Assembly (NCBI GenBank): GCA_046483985.1
Contig: JAWOCD010000006.1
Span: 1-64,000, forward strand
Direction of reading: 5' to 3'
Length of the DNA stretch: 64,000 nt
Origin: Promethearchaeia archaeon
GTDB lineage: Archaea; Asgardarchaeota; Lokiarchaeia; Sigyniarchaeales; SOKP01
Positions 31,548 through 41,094 of the stretch are shown here, in pieces. The position numbers and the translations under genes are program-made. The notes under the pieces are model-generated. The model was not told the origin of the DNA. It did no database searches and saw only the letters and a program-made list of their open reading frames with translations. The stretch's first letter is position 1, and each line of letters begins with the position of its first letter.

Positions 31548-32684
31548 TTATTTAACCTCCATCAATTCTAAAAATTTATCAAATAGATATAGATTATCTA
31601 AGGGTCCCGGCGATGCTTCTGGATGGAATTGAACCGCAAGCAGCGGTTTGGTCTTATGTATTAAGCCCTCATTTGATTCATCATCGATATTTTTGAGAAA
31701 TTCCCGGAATCCTCCTTTTTCAAAATCTCTTACACAGAAGCCATGATTTTGGGATGTAATATAACATTCATTGGTATCTATATTAATGACAGTCTTATTC
31801 CCCCCTCGATGTCCGTATTTTAACTTGTAAGATTCTCCCCCTGCCGCCAGTCCAATGATTTGGTTGCCCAAACAAATTCCAAAAGTTGGAATTTCATTTG
31901 CGATTAATTCTTTGCATACTTGAATCGCGTTCGAATATATAGCGGGATCTCCAGGACCATTAGAAATAAACACTCCATCAGGATTACAGGACATAATCTG
32001 CTCGTAACTATAATTATAGGGAACTAAAATAACCTTAATACCCCGTTTGACAAAGTTCCGTAAAATATTATATTTTACGCCTAAATCCAATACAACAACA
32101 GTTCCTCGCGGATTCGGAGGACTAAATATCTTTACTTCTTTAGTAGATACTTCGCTTGCCAAATGCCGTTTATTGGGATCTTCTGATTCAGCGACAATTT
32201 TCTTTAGATTTTCGATATCGGGAGTTTCACCTTCCTCATATACTGCCAATAGAGCCACTTGGACGCCTTCTTCTCGTAAAATCTTGGTCACTGCCCGGGT
32301 ATCAATCCATTCAATCCCCGGAATATCTTGTTCTTTAAGAAATTCATCCAAGGTCTTCACACTTTGGTAATGGTGAGGATGTTTACAGCATTCATTAACA
32401 ACAAATCCAGAAACTTTAATAGAGTCTGATTCGAAATATTTTGTGATACCATATTGGTCTTTCTCCCATGGAGGGACTCCATAATTTCCAACCAAGGGAT
32501 GGGTCATACATACAATTTGTCCTTGATAAGAGGGATCGGTGAGTGTCTCATTATATCCCGCGCCCGTAATTGTGTTGAACACCAGTTCCCCAGTTATAAT
32601 TTTAGTAGCACCAAAACCAATACCTTCAAAATATCGACCATCTTTCAGCATTAGAATAGCAGGTTTTTCATTTTTATAAAGCAT
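31548..32684 (-). CDS. carA: Carbamoyl-phosphate synthase small subunit, glutamine-hydrolysing (copy 1)
   Basis: Intact SNGPGDP, GICLG, TSQNHGF and QFHPE. Confidence 0.97.
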   Translation of the reverse strand: MLYKNEKPAILMLKDGRYFEGIGFGATKIITGELVFNTITGAGYNETLTDPSYQGQIVCMTHPLVGNYGVPPWEKDQYGITKYFESDSIKVSGFVVNECCKHPHHYQSVKTLDEFLKEQDIPGIEWIDTRAVTKILREEGVQVALLAVYEEGETPDIENLKKIVAESEDPNKRHLASEVSTKEVKIFSPPNPRGTVVVLDLGVKYNILRNFVKRGIKVILVPYNYSYEQIMSCNPDGVFISNGPGDPAIYSNAIQVCKELIANEIPTFGICLGNQIIGLAAGGESYKLKYGHRGGNKTVINIDTNECYITSQNHGFCVRDFEKGGFREFLKNIDDESNEGLIHKTKPLLAVQFHPEASPGPLDNLYLFDKFLELMEVK

Positions 32685-32753
32685 AAGGAAATCAGTTATG
32701 AATAGTTATTCTCTAATTCTCTTGTTCTTTAAAATCTTTAAATGAAAAAAGCA

Positions 32754-32855
32754 AAGACAACTAATATTTTTTTCTAAATCCCTTTATGATATCTCTTGTA
32801 GATAAGACAACAAATATTTTTTTCTAAATCCCTTTATGATATCTCTTGTAGATAA
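32754..32855. repeat. 50-bp tandem duplication upstream of carA copy 1
   Basis: 32754-32803 and 32804-32853 are identical except for one T/A mismatch. Confidence 0.95.
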
Positions 32856-33296
32856 TATAAGTAAGATATATTAATCCTAAAATTTGAAAAAAAGCATAGA
32901 GTAATTTATACTACTTACTTTTCTTGAACTCTATACACGCTTTAAGTTAATTAATTTTAATAAGTTTAAACCTTCATAGATTTTACTGTTATATTCTATT
33001 TTTAGTTTCATTAGAAGAAGATACAAGTAAATCCATATATTTATCCAAAGTGTAGGAAAAATAGTAGATTTTTACTTAAATTAAATATCTTATAATTTAC
33101 TTTTTCGTTTCTCCCTTTTTCTTTATAAGCATTAATGAAATTTATGTGAATAATTGAATATCCTTCTTAATAAAATTAGGGGTTGGTTAGATTTTATCTC
33201 ACATTAGAAGAAAAATTTTAAAATTCGGAACTAATAAGGATTATTCCTATCTGTTAAAGGGTTTAGAATTTAAAAAGATAACAGAGTTTAAGAATC

Positions 33297-35006
33297 TCAA
33301 TCTTTATTCTTGAAGTTAATGCTCTCTTTTAAGAAAGCTCTGTATACTGGATGAGGATCCCATGGACGATTTTTGAACTCGGGGTGGAATTGAGTGCCAA
33401 GCATAAAATGATCTGGTCTATTTAATTCGATACTGTTAACAATAGTTCCTTCTGTATTCATGCTGGAGATAACCAGCAAATCTCCTTCTGGCTTTCCCTC
33501 TAAATATTGAGGTTGGATATGATATCGATGTCTAAATCGTTCTGTAATTTTTTCTTTGCCATATGCCTTATATAGTTTGGTTCCTTTTTCAATTGAGATT
33601 TCAATTCCTCCTAAACGCATGGTACCTCCCTTTTCTGTTATATCTTTTTGCGATTCCAATAGATCCACCACCGGATAAGGAGTGTCTGGGTCAATTTCAG
33701 TGGAATTAGCATTCTTTAACCCTAAAATCTCTCTACAGAATGCTATATAGAATAATTGCGCTCCAAAACAGATCCCCAAAAAGGGAATTTTGTTTTTTAT
33801 GGCATATATGGCAGATTCAATCATTCCCTCTACGGCTCTTTCACCAAACCCAGGCGTTAAGAGTATTCCGTCGCAGTCAGCTAATTGTTGTTCAACATTT
33901 GTATTGGGAGTTATATTTATCATTTTTAAATTGGCTTCATAGCCTTCATGGGCCGCAGCATGCTCTAATGCATCATTAATGGAAATATAGGAGTCTGAAA
34001 TATTAAAATATTTCCCAGGCATTCCGATTCTCACGGACTTTTTAGGACCCTTAAACAAGTCAACAGTCTTTTTCCACTCAGAATAGTTATTTACTTTACT
34101 GTAGGATACTAATTTGGCCCGTAAATCAAGTTTTTCGCATAATAAGTCTCCCAATTTCTGTTCTTCGAATAAAAGCGGTAATTCATAGATGCATTCGAGA
34201 TCGGGATTGGAAACCACTGCAGATTCGGGAACATTCGAAAAAAGGGATATTTTTGACTTAATATCGGATTCCAAGGGTTCTTCGCTTCTTCCGATAATAA
34301 TATCTGGTTGTAAACCAGCACTTTGCAGCATTTTTACGGAATGCTGGGTGGGTTTTGATTTTTGTTGTCCTACGGCCTTGGAATACGGTACTAATGTGAC
34401 ATGTACAAATGCCGTGTTATGTTTAGGACGTTCTAACCGAATTTGGCGGAAAGCCTCCAAGAAAATACTAGATTCTAAGTCACCGACGGTTCCCCCACAT
34501 TCGACAAGTAAAACGTCCAATTCTTCATTATCTGCAATTTCAATTAGGCGGTTTCTAATCATATTCGTGCAGTGTGGAATAATCTGAACAGTTCTGCCGA
34601 GAAATTTCCCTTTTCGTTCTCTAAGAATGGTAGATAAATATATCTGGCCACTAGTAATATTATGGCTAGGGTGAATAGTTATACCAAGAAAACGCTCATA
34701 GGTGCCGAAATCTTGGTCAATTTCACTAATACGATACACCCGTTCTTCTGATGCGGTATCTTCGGACTCGGACACAGCGGAAGGAACTGGCTTAAAATCC
34801 CATACTTCTTCGGTAATAAAACACTCTCCGTGCTCAATAGGATTAAGAGTCCCGGGATCCACATTTAAATAAGGATCTATTTTCACGACCGAAACATTAA
34901 AACCGCGAAATTGAAGAATCTTTCCTAAACTTGCCGTTACAACGCCTTTTCCAATGCCAGACATGACTCCGCCGGTTACGAACACAAATTTACTATTCTG
35001 AGCCAT
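33297..35006 (-). CDS. pyrG: CTP synthase
   Basis: FVTGGVMSGIGKG, KIDPYLNVDPGT, GGTVGDLES, KPTQHSV, GICFG, ERFRHRY, QFHPEF. Confidence 0.97.
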   Translation of the reverse strand: MAQNSKFVFVTGGVMSGIGKGVVTASLGKILQFRGFNVSVVKIDPYLNVDPGTLNPIEHGECFITEEVWDFKPVPSAVSESEDTASEERVYRISEIDQDFGTYERFLGITIHPSHNITSGQIYLSTILRERKGKFLGRTVQIIPHCTNMIRNRLIEIADNEELDVLLVECGGTVGDLESSIFLEAFRQIRLERPKHNTAFVHVTLVPYSKAVGQQKSKPTQHSVKMLQSAGLQPDIIIGRSEEPLESDIKSKISLFSNVPESAVVSNPDLECIYELPLLFEEQKLGDLLCEKLDLRAKLVSYSKVNNYSEWKKTVDLFKGPKKSVRIGMPGKYFNISDSYISINDALEHAAAHEGYEANLKMINITPNTNVEQQLADCDGILLTPGFGERAVEGMIESAIYAIKNKIPFLGICFGAQLFYIAFCREILGLKNANSTEIDPDTPYPVVDLLESQKDITEKGGTMRLGGIEISIEKGTKLYKAYGKEKITERFRHRYHIQPQYLEGKPEGDLLVISSMNTEGTIVNSIELNRPDHFMLGTQFHPEFKNRPWDPHPVYRAFLKESINFKNKD

Positions 35007-35144
35007 ATCAAATCAATTTGTTTTTATTTCTTTAAATAAAAATTAATAAATTTTACACATTATAAAAAGATCTAGGCATGACTTATTTTTTTCGGTTATT
35101 AATGCAATAATAGTCCATATGTATAGTTCAAGAACATTTGATTG

Positions 35145-35250
35145 TAAAGCCATCGTTCCTCCTTTTCTTATAAGTTTCAAGGAGTTCATAAATGTTTCCG
35201 GGAGACCCACACAATCAAAGATGTAGTCGGGACCAATTTTCTTCGTAAAT
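35145..35250 (-). pseudogene. Fragment of a Zn-dependent alcohol dehydrogenase (MDR family)
   Basis: Manual translation FTKKIGPDYIFDCVGLPETFMNSLKLIRKGGTMAL matches the MDR Rossmann segment GxDxxFDCxG...LxRxGG. Confidence 0.7.
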
Positions 35251-35258
35251 TTCGTAAA

Positions 35259-35340
35259 GTTCTTGAGGTTTTGCTACTTTTTCACCATAACAACCAAAAC
35301 CTTGGGCACAATCTGCAAAGTTAAAGGGTGGGAAATCAAC
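35259..35340 (-). pseudogene. Fragment of a ThDP-dependent enzyme C-terminus (acetolactate synthase-like)
   Basis: Manual translation VDFPPFNFADCAQGFGCYGEKVAKPQEL matches the DF...AEGFGxxGxxVxxPxEL pattern. Confidence 0.65.
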
Positions 35341-35487
35341 AAGAAGATTTTCTCAATTTGTAACAATACTGTTACAAAAGATTTTTAAAAACTTGAGAAT
35401 AAGGATATAATTTTTAGAGTGAAATTTCCTCGTAAGGAGGTCTATGTATTTAATAAAAAAAATATGATAAATTACAATAAAAAGAAA

Positions 35488-36735
35488 TTAGGAACGCTCG
35501 GAAATATCCCTATACTGTTTATCCAACTTTCCTACATATTTCAGGCGTGGGCGGATAAGTTTGTTATCTTCTAATTGCTCTACAGCATGGGCAATCCATC
35601 CTGCACTCCGTGAAGCTGCAAATAAGGGTGTGAATGCTTCAATCGGGATTCCTAAGGTATGTAATAGACCCGCAGAGTATAAATCGACATTTGGATAAAT
35701 ATGCTTATTTTCTATCATCCAATCCTTGAGAATTTCCGTCATTTCAAATATATAGTCAACTTCACTATGATCGTGAGCAAGTTCGGAATTGGTTGTGCTG
35801 GTGTCAATCCGGTCAATTTGACCATTATTTAAATATTCCTCAATTAGATTCTTAGAGAATTTTCGTAATATGATTGCCCTCGGGTCCCAAGTTTTATAAA
35901 CTCGATGACCAAATCCCATTATCTTTTCTCCATTCGCCAGCTTCTTTTTAGCCCACGGGATAACATTTTCCTTCTTCTTAACTTCCGTAAACATATATTT
36001 TCCAACTTTTTCATTAGCACCTCCATGTAGTGGTCCTCTTAACGTACCAATTGCAGAAGTTATGCCACTATACAGATCAGAAAGCGTGGATACAGTAACT
36101 CTACAAGCGAAGGTAGAAGCGTTAATTGAATGATCAGCATGGCACATCAAGATCTTATCAAAGGTCTCTTCAAATTCCTTAGTTGGTTCTTGTCCCGTCA
36201 TCATATAATAATAGTTTCCTGCATGAGAAAGAACATTTGCTGGCTCAACTAATGGTTGGTTCTGTTGGATGTGGTGAGAGAATGCAATAATCGTAGGAAT
36301 CTTTGCCATAATTCTTAATCCTTTCCTAATATTCGCCTCCTTTGTATAAATATAATCCTCAGGATCATATAATGACAAAGCGGAAATAGCAGTTCTTAAT
36401 AACTCAATCCGTGTGGTGTTTCTTGGGAACGACTTGAGGATCCGTAAAACATTATCTGGAATGTCTCGTTCTTTAATAAGTAAATCTTTATGATTTTGTA
36501 ACTGATTCTTGGTGGGTAACTTTCCATAGATTAACAAATATGACACTTCTTCGAAACTGGAATTCTCCACAAGGTCTTCTATAGGATAACCTCGGTAATA
36601 AAGTTCCCCTTTCATTCCATCAATATAGGAGATATTACTTTCATCCACATATACACCTACAAGCCCTTTATGCACCTCAACATCTTTATGATATTCCTTA
36701 AGTTCTCCTTTTATTGGTCTAGTGTCGCCTTTCAC
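35488..36735 (-). CDS. gltA: Citrate synthase / 2-methylcitrate synthase
   Basis: LYYRGY, HADHSINASTF, GPLHGGANE, MGFGHRVYK..DPR, PNVD, LIRP. Confidence 0.9.
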   Translation of the reverse strand: MKGDTRPIKGELKEYHKDVEVHKGLVGVYVDESNISYIDGMKGELYYRGYPIEDLVENSSFEEVSYLLIYGKLPTKNQLQNHKDLLIKERDIPDNVLRILKSFPRNTTRIELLRTAISALSLYDPEDYIYTKEANIRKGLRIMAKIPTIIAFSHHIQQNQPLVEPANVLSHAGNYYYMMTGQEPTKEFEETFDKILMCHADHSINASTFACRVTVSTLSDLYSGITSAIGTLRGPLHGGANEKVGKYMFTEVKKKENVIPWAKKKLANGEKIMGFGHRVYKTWDPRAIILRKFSKNLIEEYLNNGQIDRIDTSTTNSELAHDHSEVDYIFEMTEILKDWMIENKHIYPNVDLYSAGLLHTLGIPIEAFTPLFAASRSAGWIAHAVEQLEDNKLIRPRLKYVGKLDKQYRDISERS

Positions 36736-37008
36736 TTTTTTACAACCGATATTAATATAATTATCTTTCTATTTACTTTTGTATACTAAATTAAGAACTA
36801 ATTAAATATTTTTAGTTTTTCTTGGTATTTTTTAACATTTCTAAAATGTTTTTAAAATAATCTGAAAAATCTTCATTTATTTGAATTCTAATGAACTTTT
36901 TTCAAAAAATATAGCTAAGTTTTTAGAACGTTGAAAAATGAAATGAAAAAATTTCAACTTTTCCATATAGAAATTGATTCCTACATGATTTATTTAGAAT
37001 AAAATAAA

Positions 37009-37116
37009 ACCTCGTCGGGCCAATCATAGAAGCCTTCACCAGTTTTCTTACCGAGTTTTCCCTCTTCATATAGCTCAGTCAAGACTTTTCTGGGCTTAAA
37101 GTCTTCAGACAATGTT
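37009..37116 (-). pseudogene. Fragment of a 3-hydroxyacyl-CoA dehydrogenase C-terminus
   Basis: Manual translation TLSEDFKPRKVLTELYEEGKLGKKTGEGFYDWPDE contains the GxLGxKxGxGFY motif. Confidence 0.8.
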
Positions 37117-37390
37117 TTTAAACTTAAGATTTATAAATCATTTAATTTCATTAATAATTTCTGAGATTATTTAAAGATTCGCGAGAAAGCATTATCTATA
37201 CGCAAAATTACGTCTTTTAAAATGTGTGGGGGCCCTTTTAGCGATTCTAATAGATTTTTAAAAAGATGAAAACATATTTAAATGAAACTATAATAATAAT
37301 AGCTCTGAAATCATTTTAGAAAAAATCAAATCCAATGCATTTTTTGTTTGGTTTGGTTTGGTTTTTTTTCCAGAGGGAGTGAAAATAAAA

Positions 37391-37858
37391 ATGTCGGAAT
37401 TTCTTTTAATGGATGAGATTGATAAAAAAATAATGAATATCATCCAAGATCGACCAAATATCACTCATACCGAAATTGCAAAAAAAGTAAAACGCAGCCA
37501 ACCAACGATAGGACTCCGAATTAAAAAACTTATGGAAACGGGATTATTAGATTTTCAAGCGGGAATTAATATAAAAAAATTCCAAAATGTACTCGTTCGA
37601 GTAGATCTGCAGACCGATAAACCAAAAACCATATTTCAATTTGCAGAAGATTGTCCAAATGTCTTAAATGCTTACCAAGTAAGTGGTCTCAAAAATGTAG
37701 AATTGTTAATGACCGGATCAAATTTAAAAACCTTAGAGAACCTTATAAATCATCATTTTAGAAAGAATGAGTTAGTTAAGCGAGTTTCGATAAGGGTAAT
37801 CACTAATATCCTCAATAAATTTGTCATTCCCGTAAATCTCGGCAATAAACTAGGTTAA
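37391..37858 (+). CDS. Lrp/AsnC family transcription regulator
   Basis: MDEIDKKIM...THTEIAKKVKRSQPTIGLRI. Start moved to the in-frame ATG at 37391. Confidence 0.88.
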   Translation: MSEFLLMDEIDKKIMNIIQDRPNITHTEIAKKVKRSQPTIGLRIKKLMETGLLDFQAGINIKKFQNVLVRVDLQTDKPKTIFQFAEDCPNVLNAYQVSGLKNVELLMTGSNLKTLENLINHHFRKNELVKRVSIRVITNILNKFVIPVNLGNKLG

Positions 37859-38129
37859 TGTGTAGGAAAATTATTTTTCAATTTTATCCATAAAAATTAA
37901 ATGCAAAAACCCCACAGAAGCTTAATATTCTGTTAATCAGCCAGTTTTATCCATTATCTTGTTCTATCACAGATCAGAGAATAAACATTGATACACCTCA
38001 TCTAATAGTAACAACTTTTTATTTTCAAGGGAATTCTATCAATAAATTCCTCACACCATGAACAGAGACAATTTAATCTTTGATATGCTAATATATCTTA
38101 AAAATTCATACCCAGTTCTTGAGAAATAT

Positions 38130-39104
38130 TTAAAGGATACAGAGAGCAAGCTTCTTTTTATCTGTTAAAGAATCCACATTCAGCTTGGGGTGTTCTTTAA
38201 GATATTCATCAATTGGGTTTCCATTTTTAAAGATTTCAGAGAACTTCCCTTCAAAAATTTGATATATATTCCGATTTCGTGAAATATAGGAACCAATCAG
38301 CTGATTGGACGGATCAAAACTGGGTTGGATCAGTTCTCCTTGAGTTAAAATAAAATTACTAAAATTCTCTTTTGTAATATGAACTTTGATCTCTTTAATA
38401 GAGAATTCTATTTTATTAATAAATGGACTCAATATTTTAAACTCCTTGCTCTGTAGGAGGTTTTCAAGAATTTCATCGTTAAAAATGATATGGATTATGA
38501 GGGTCTTAAGATCATCTTTAATCTTTGTTATTCCCTCCAGTATTACATTTTTTAATTCGTCCGTCAAGGAATCTTCTGAGTCCTCCAATATCTTTGCAGC
38601 TAAAGGGTTCTCATAACGAATACCCACCGCAATCTTGGTATGAGTATTATTTGGAACGCTAAACGGATAAAGAATCTCATCCAGACTCTCCCACCTGTAA
38701 TTAATGAATTCAACTGGTTCTTGCTCGGGCAATTGTTCTTCTTCTAAATTATAGTTTTCAAAAAAGTTTTCGAGTGTTTCCTCGCATCGTTTTTTTTCTT
38801 CTTGGAATTTTATCCGTAATTCTTCGATTCGGTTGTTAACTATTTTTTGCCAGAGGGGAATCACAGGTGTGTTGAGATGAATTTTCATAGGACGATCATA
38901 AATTTGAACCAGTTCTAAATCATTTAGCACCGAAGCAATTTTATAACCACGCTTTAATGTTAAATCATATTGATTACAGACTTTTTTCAGATTCTCTATT
39001 TTCTTATATAATAAGAGATGATGATAAATACGAGATATACCCTTCTCAATTATTCCTATCGCATCGAACAGAGAGTTTAAAGGTAAAAAGTCGCTGTCAT
39101 CCAT
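38130..39104 (-). CDS. Hypothetical protein, possibly a TrmB-like regulator
   Basis: N-terminal HTH-like segment (IYHHLL...RGYKIASVLNDLELV...RPM) followed by a coiled coil, as in TrmB. Confidence 0.6.
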   Translation of the reverse strand: MDDSDFLPLNSLFDAIGIIEKGISRIYHHLLLYKKIENLKKVCNQYDLTLKRGYKIASVLNDLELVQIYDRPMKIHLNTPVIPLWQKIVNNRIEELRIKFQEEKKRCEETLENFFENYNLEEEQLPEQEPVEFINYRWESLDEILYPFSVPNNTHTKIAVGIRYENPLAAKILEDSEDSLTDELKNVILEGITKIKDDLKTLIIHIIFNDEILENLLQSKEFKILSPFINKIEFSIKEIKVHITKENFSNFILTQGELIQPSFDPSNQLIGSYISRNRNIYQIFEGKFSEIFKNGNPIDEYLKEHPKLNVDSLTDKKKLALCIL

Positions 39105-39117
39105 ATTTATCCACCTA

Positions 39118-39666
39118 CTATGCTGTCTCTACATTTTCTCGTTCTTGTATCCGCTCCAGTGTGAGTTTAGTAAGCAGATCAAATGATTTATTCACATTTA
39201 TATTCTCTTTTGAAGATATTTCTGAGAATGCAGCAAAATCATGCTTTTCACTAATTTGGATACCTAGCTCACGGGGAACCTCTCGTTGATTTTCGGCTAA
39301 ATCTAATTTTGCACCAATTAACATAATTGGTATATCTCCGCCCTTGGAACGAACAATATTTGCCCATTTAGGAATATTATCTAAAGTTGATGATCGGGTA
39401 ATATCATATAATAAGAAAGCCGCATTTGCGCCTAACACATATGTAGGGAGAAGAAACCTAAATCGCTCTTCTCCTCCTATATCCCAAATTTGAAGCTTTA
39501 TTTTTAGATCATCAACTATATTAACACGAACATGAAAATCTACTCCAATAGTAAGCTTTTCGCCAGGATTAAAAACTTGGTAAACATAACGTTTGGTAAA
39601 ACTGGTTTTACCCACACTTGCATCACCAAGTAAAAGTACTTTTAGAGTATAATCGTAGTTTGGCAT
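39118..39666 (-). CDS. Rab-like small GTPase
   Basis: YDYTLKVLLLGDASVGKTS, TIGVDF, KLQIWDIGGEERF, LYDIT, GAKLD, EISSK. No C-terminal Cys. Confidence 0.93.
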   Translation of the reverse strand: MPNYDYTLKVLLLGDASVGKTSFTKRYVYQVFNPGEKLTIGVDFHVRVNIVDDLKIKLQIWDIGGEERFRFLLPTYVLGANAAFLLYDITRSSTLDNIPKWANIVRSKGGDIPIMLIGAKLDLAENQREVPRELGIQISEKHDFAAFSEISSKENINVNKSFDLLTKLTLERIQERENVETA

Positions 39667-39667
39667 T

Positions 39668-39727
39668 CTAATTCACCATTTTATCAAATAAATGAATAAT
39701 TATGAAAGCATAATGGTAGTTTGGCAT
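39668..39727 (-). other. 19-codon upstream ORF resembling the Rab N-terminus
   Basis: MPNYHYAFIIIHLFDKMVN*. Its stop ends 1 nt before the Rab ATG. Confidence 0.5.
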
Positions 39728-39871
39728 TCTGATCAAATATTCTTATTATTTAAGATGATATTAAAATATTATTATGAATGTTATTTCAAATTATCCTTTA
39801 AGAAAAATAGGATAAATTCTTATTTAATTTTTTAATCTATTTATCATTTTTAATTTTATCCTAAATTGAAT

Positions 39872-40696
39872 CTATAAATATTGTCGAAATTTTTTACGTA
39901 AATTCACTAATTTTCTCAAGCAGTCATAATCATAGAGTTCAAAGGAAAAAGGACGCTGATAATCTCTTTTTCTAAGGAACTTGATAAACTTTTTAATCGG
40001 ATAATCTCCCTTTCCAGGAGGAAGCCTTCCTTTGTTACTCGTCTTGATTAATTCTTTTGGAGAGGTATATTTTAAATCACATAATTGAACGAGGTATATT
40101 AATGAAATAATATCTGATAATTGAGAGATCTTCCCTTCACTTTTAGCAAATTCAAAAACGTCAATGATATATCCTAAATTTTCTATATGCGCCAACGGCT
40201 TTAAAACCTTTTTACTCTGAGAAATTGTTCTTATCGAACTCATCTTTGAATATTCAAATTCAAAACCTATTTTTACATCCCAATCGTCGGCGATTTTGCA
40301 AATCTTTTCCAACTTTTGCTTACTTCTTCTTATAATTCGCCATTTTGGAATTCGGTGAGGGTTTTCAAATCCTTCCAACGTTGAAGGCTCAACAAGAATA
40401 AGATAACAACCTAATTTGTAGCACCATTTCAGCATTTTTTCCAACTTAGGAATAACTTCTTTTTTAAAAGTTCTCTCAGAGCATAATGTAAAATTTTTCA
40501 ATTTGAATATGCTTGCTACTTCAAGATCATAGGTTTCTAAGGATTCTAATATCTCTTTCTTGCTATAGCCCTGACTTTCTAAGTCACTCAGTTTCTCAAA
40601 GTTTAATTCCAAGCCATCAAAATCCTTAGCTAAGGCAATTAAATCATCAAATGACGCGTTTTTACAAGTATTTTGATTTAATATAAGGGGATTCAA
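39872..40696 (-). CDS. Sugar phosphate isomerase/epimerase-like TIM barrel (AP_endonuc_2)
   Basis: FDGLEL, IGFEF, LVQLCD, RLPPGKGD, SFEL. Confidence 0.8.
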   Translation of the reverse strand: MNPLILNQNTCKNASFDDLIALAKDFDGLELNFEKLSDLESQGYSKKEILESLETYDLEVASIFKLKNFTLCSERTFKKEVIPKLEKMLKWCYKLGCYLILVEPSTLEGFENPHRIPKWRIIRRSKQKLEKICKIADDWDVKIGFEFEYSKMSSIRTISQSKKVLKPLAHIENLGYIIDVFEFAKSEGKISQLSDIISLIYLVQLCDLKYTSPKELIKTSNKGRLPPGKGDYPIKKFIKFLRKRDYQRPFSFELYDYDCLRKLVNLRKKFRQYL

Positions 40697-40829
40697 TTGA
40701 TTTTAAAAACCTTTTTGATTTAATTGTATTATATTTGGATTAACATAATGTTTGCTAAATAAAAAAATTTGCAAAACTTTAAGCGAAATAATAGAATTAA
40801 TTTGCTTTAATCGAGAAGGTAATTTTTGA

Positions 40830-40955
40830 ATGAGAAATAAACACGTGTTATTTGTTTGTACTGCAAATGAATTAAGAAGTCCCACAGCGGAAGAAGTTTC
40901 AAAAAAAAAAAGAAAAAATAGATGTGAAATCTGCCAGCACTTCCCACCGCCCTAA
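40830..40955 (+). pseudogene. Truncated low-molecular-weight protein tyrosine phosphatase
   Basis: MRNKHVLFVCTANELRSPTAEEV has the CX5RS P-loop. After an A11 tract another frame reads IDVKSAST (cf. VxSAGT), then homology ends at an IS-like hairpin. Confidence 0.75.
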
Positions 40956-40965
40956 AGGGCAATGG
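40944..40965. mobile_element. Degenerate IS200/IS605-type end hairpin
   Basis: CCACCGCCCT-AA-AGGGCAATGG shares the CCCTAAAGGG tip with 776-785. Confidence 0.4.
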
Positions 40966-41094
40966 ATTCGTAATTCATCGAGAATTTTGGAAAAAAAAAG
41001 TAATTCCATATCTAAATAGATTATTACAAAGAAGTGATTAGGCGATATAAAGTTTAAAAGAAAGAAAAGAAGAATTGGTTTTTCTCAATATTGC

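Noticed and set aside
32754-32855. Direct repeats as a possible mini-CRISPR
   Set aside because: There are only two abutting copies, no unique spacer and no cas genes.
37346-37365. (GTTTG)n microsatellite upstream of the Lrp gene
   Set aside because: Only 3-4 units in T-rich DNA, with no evidence of function.
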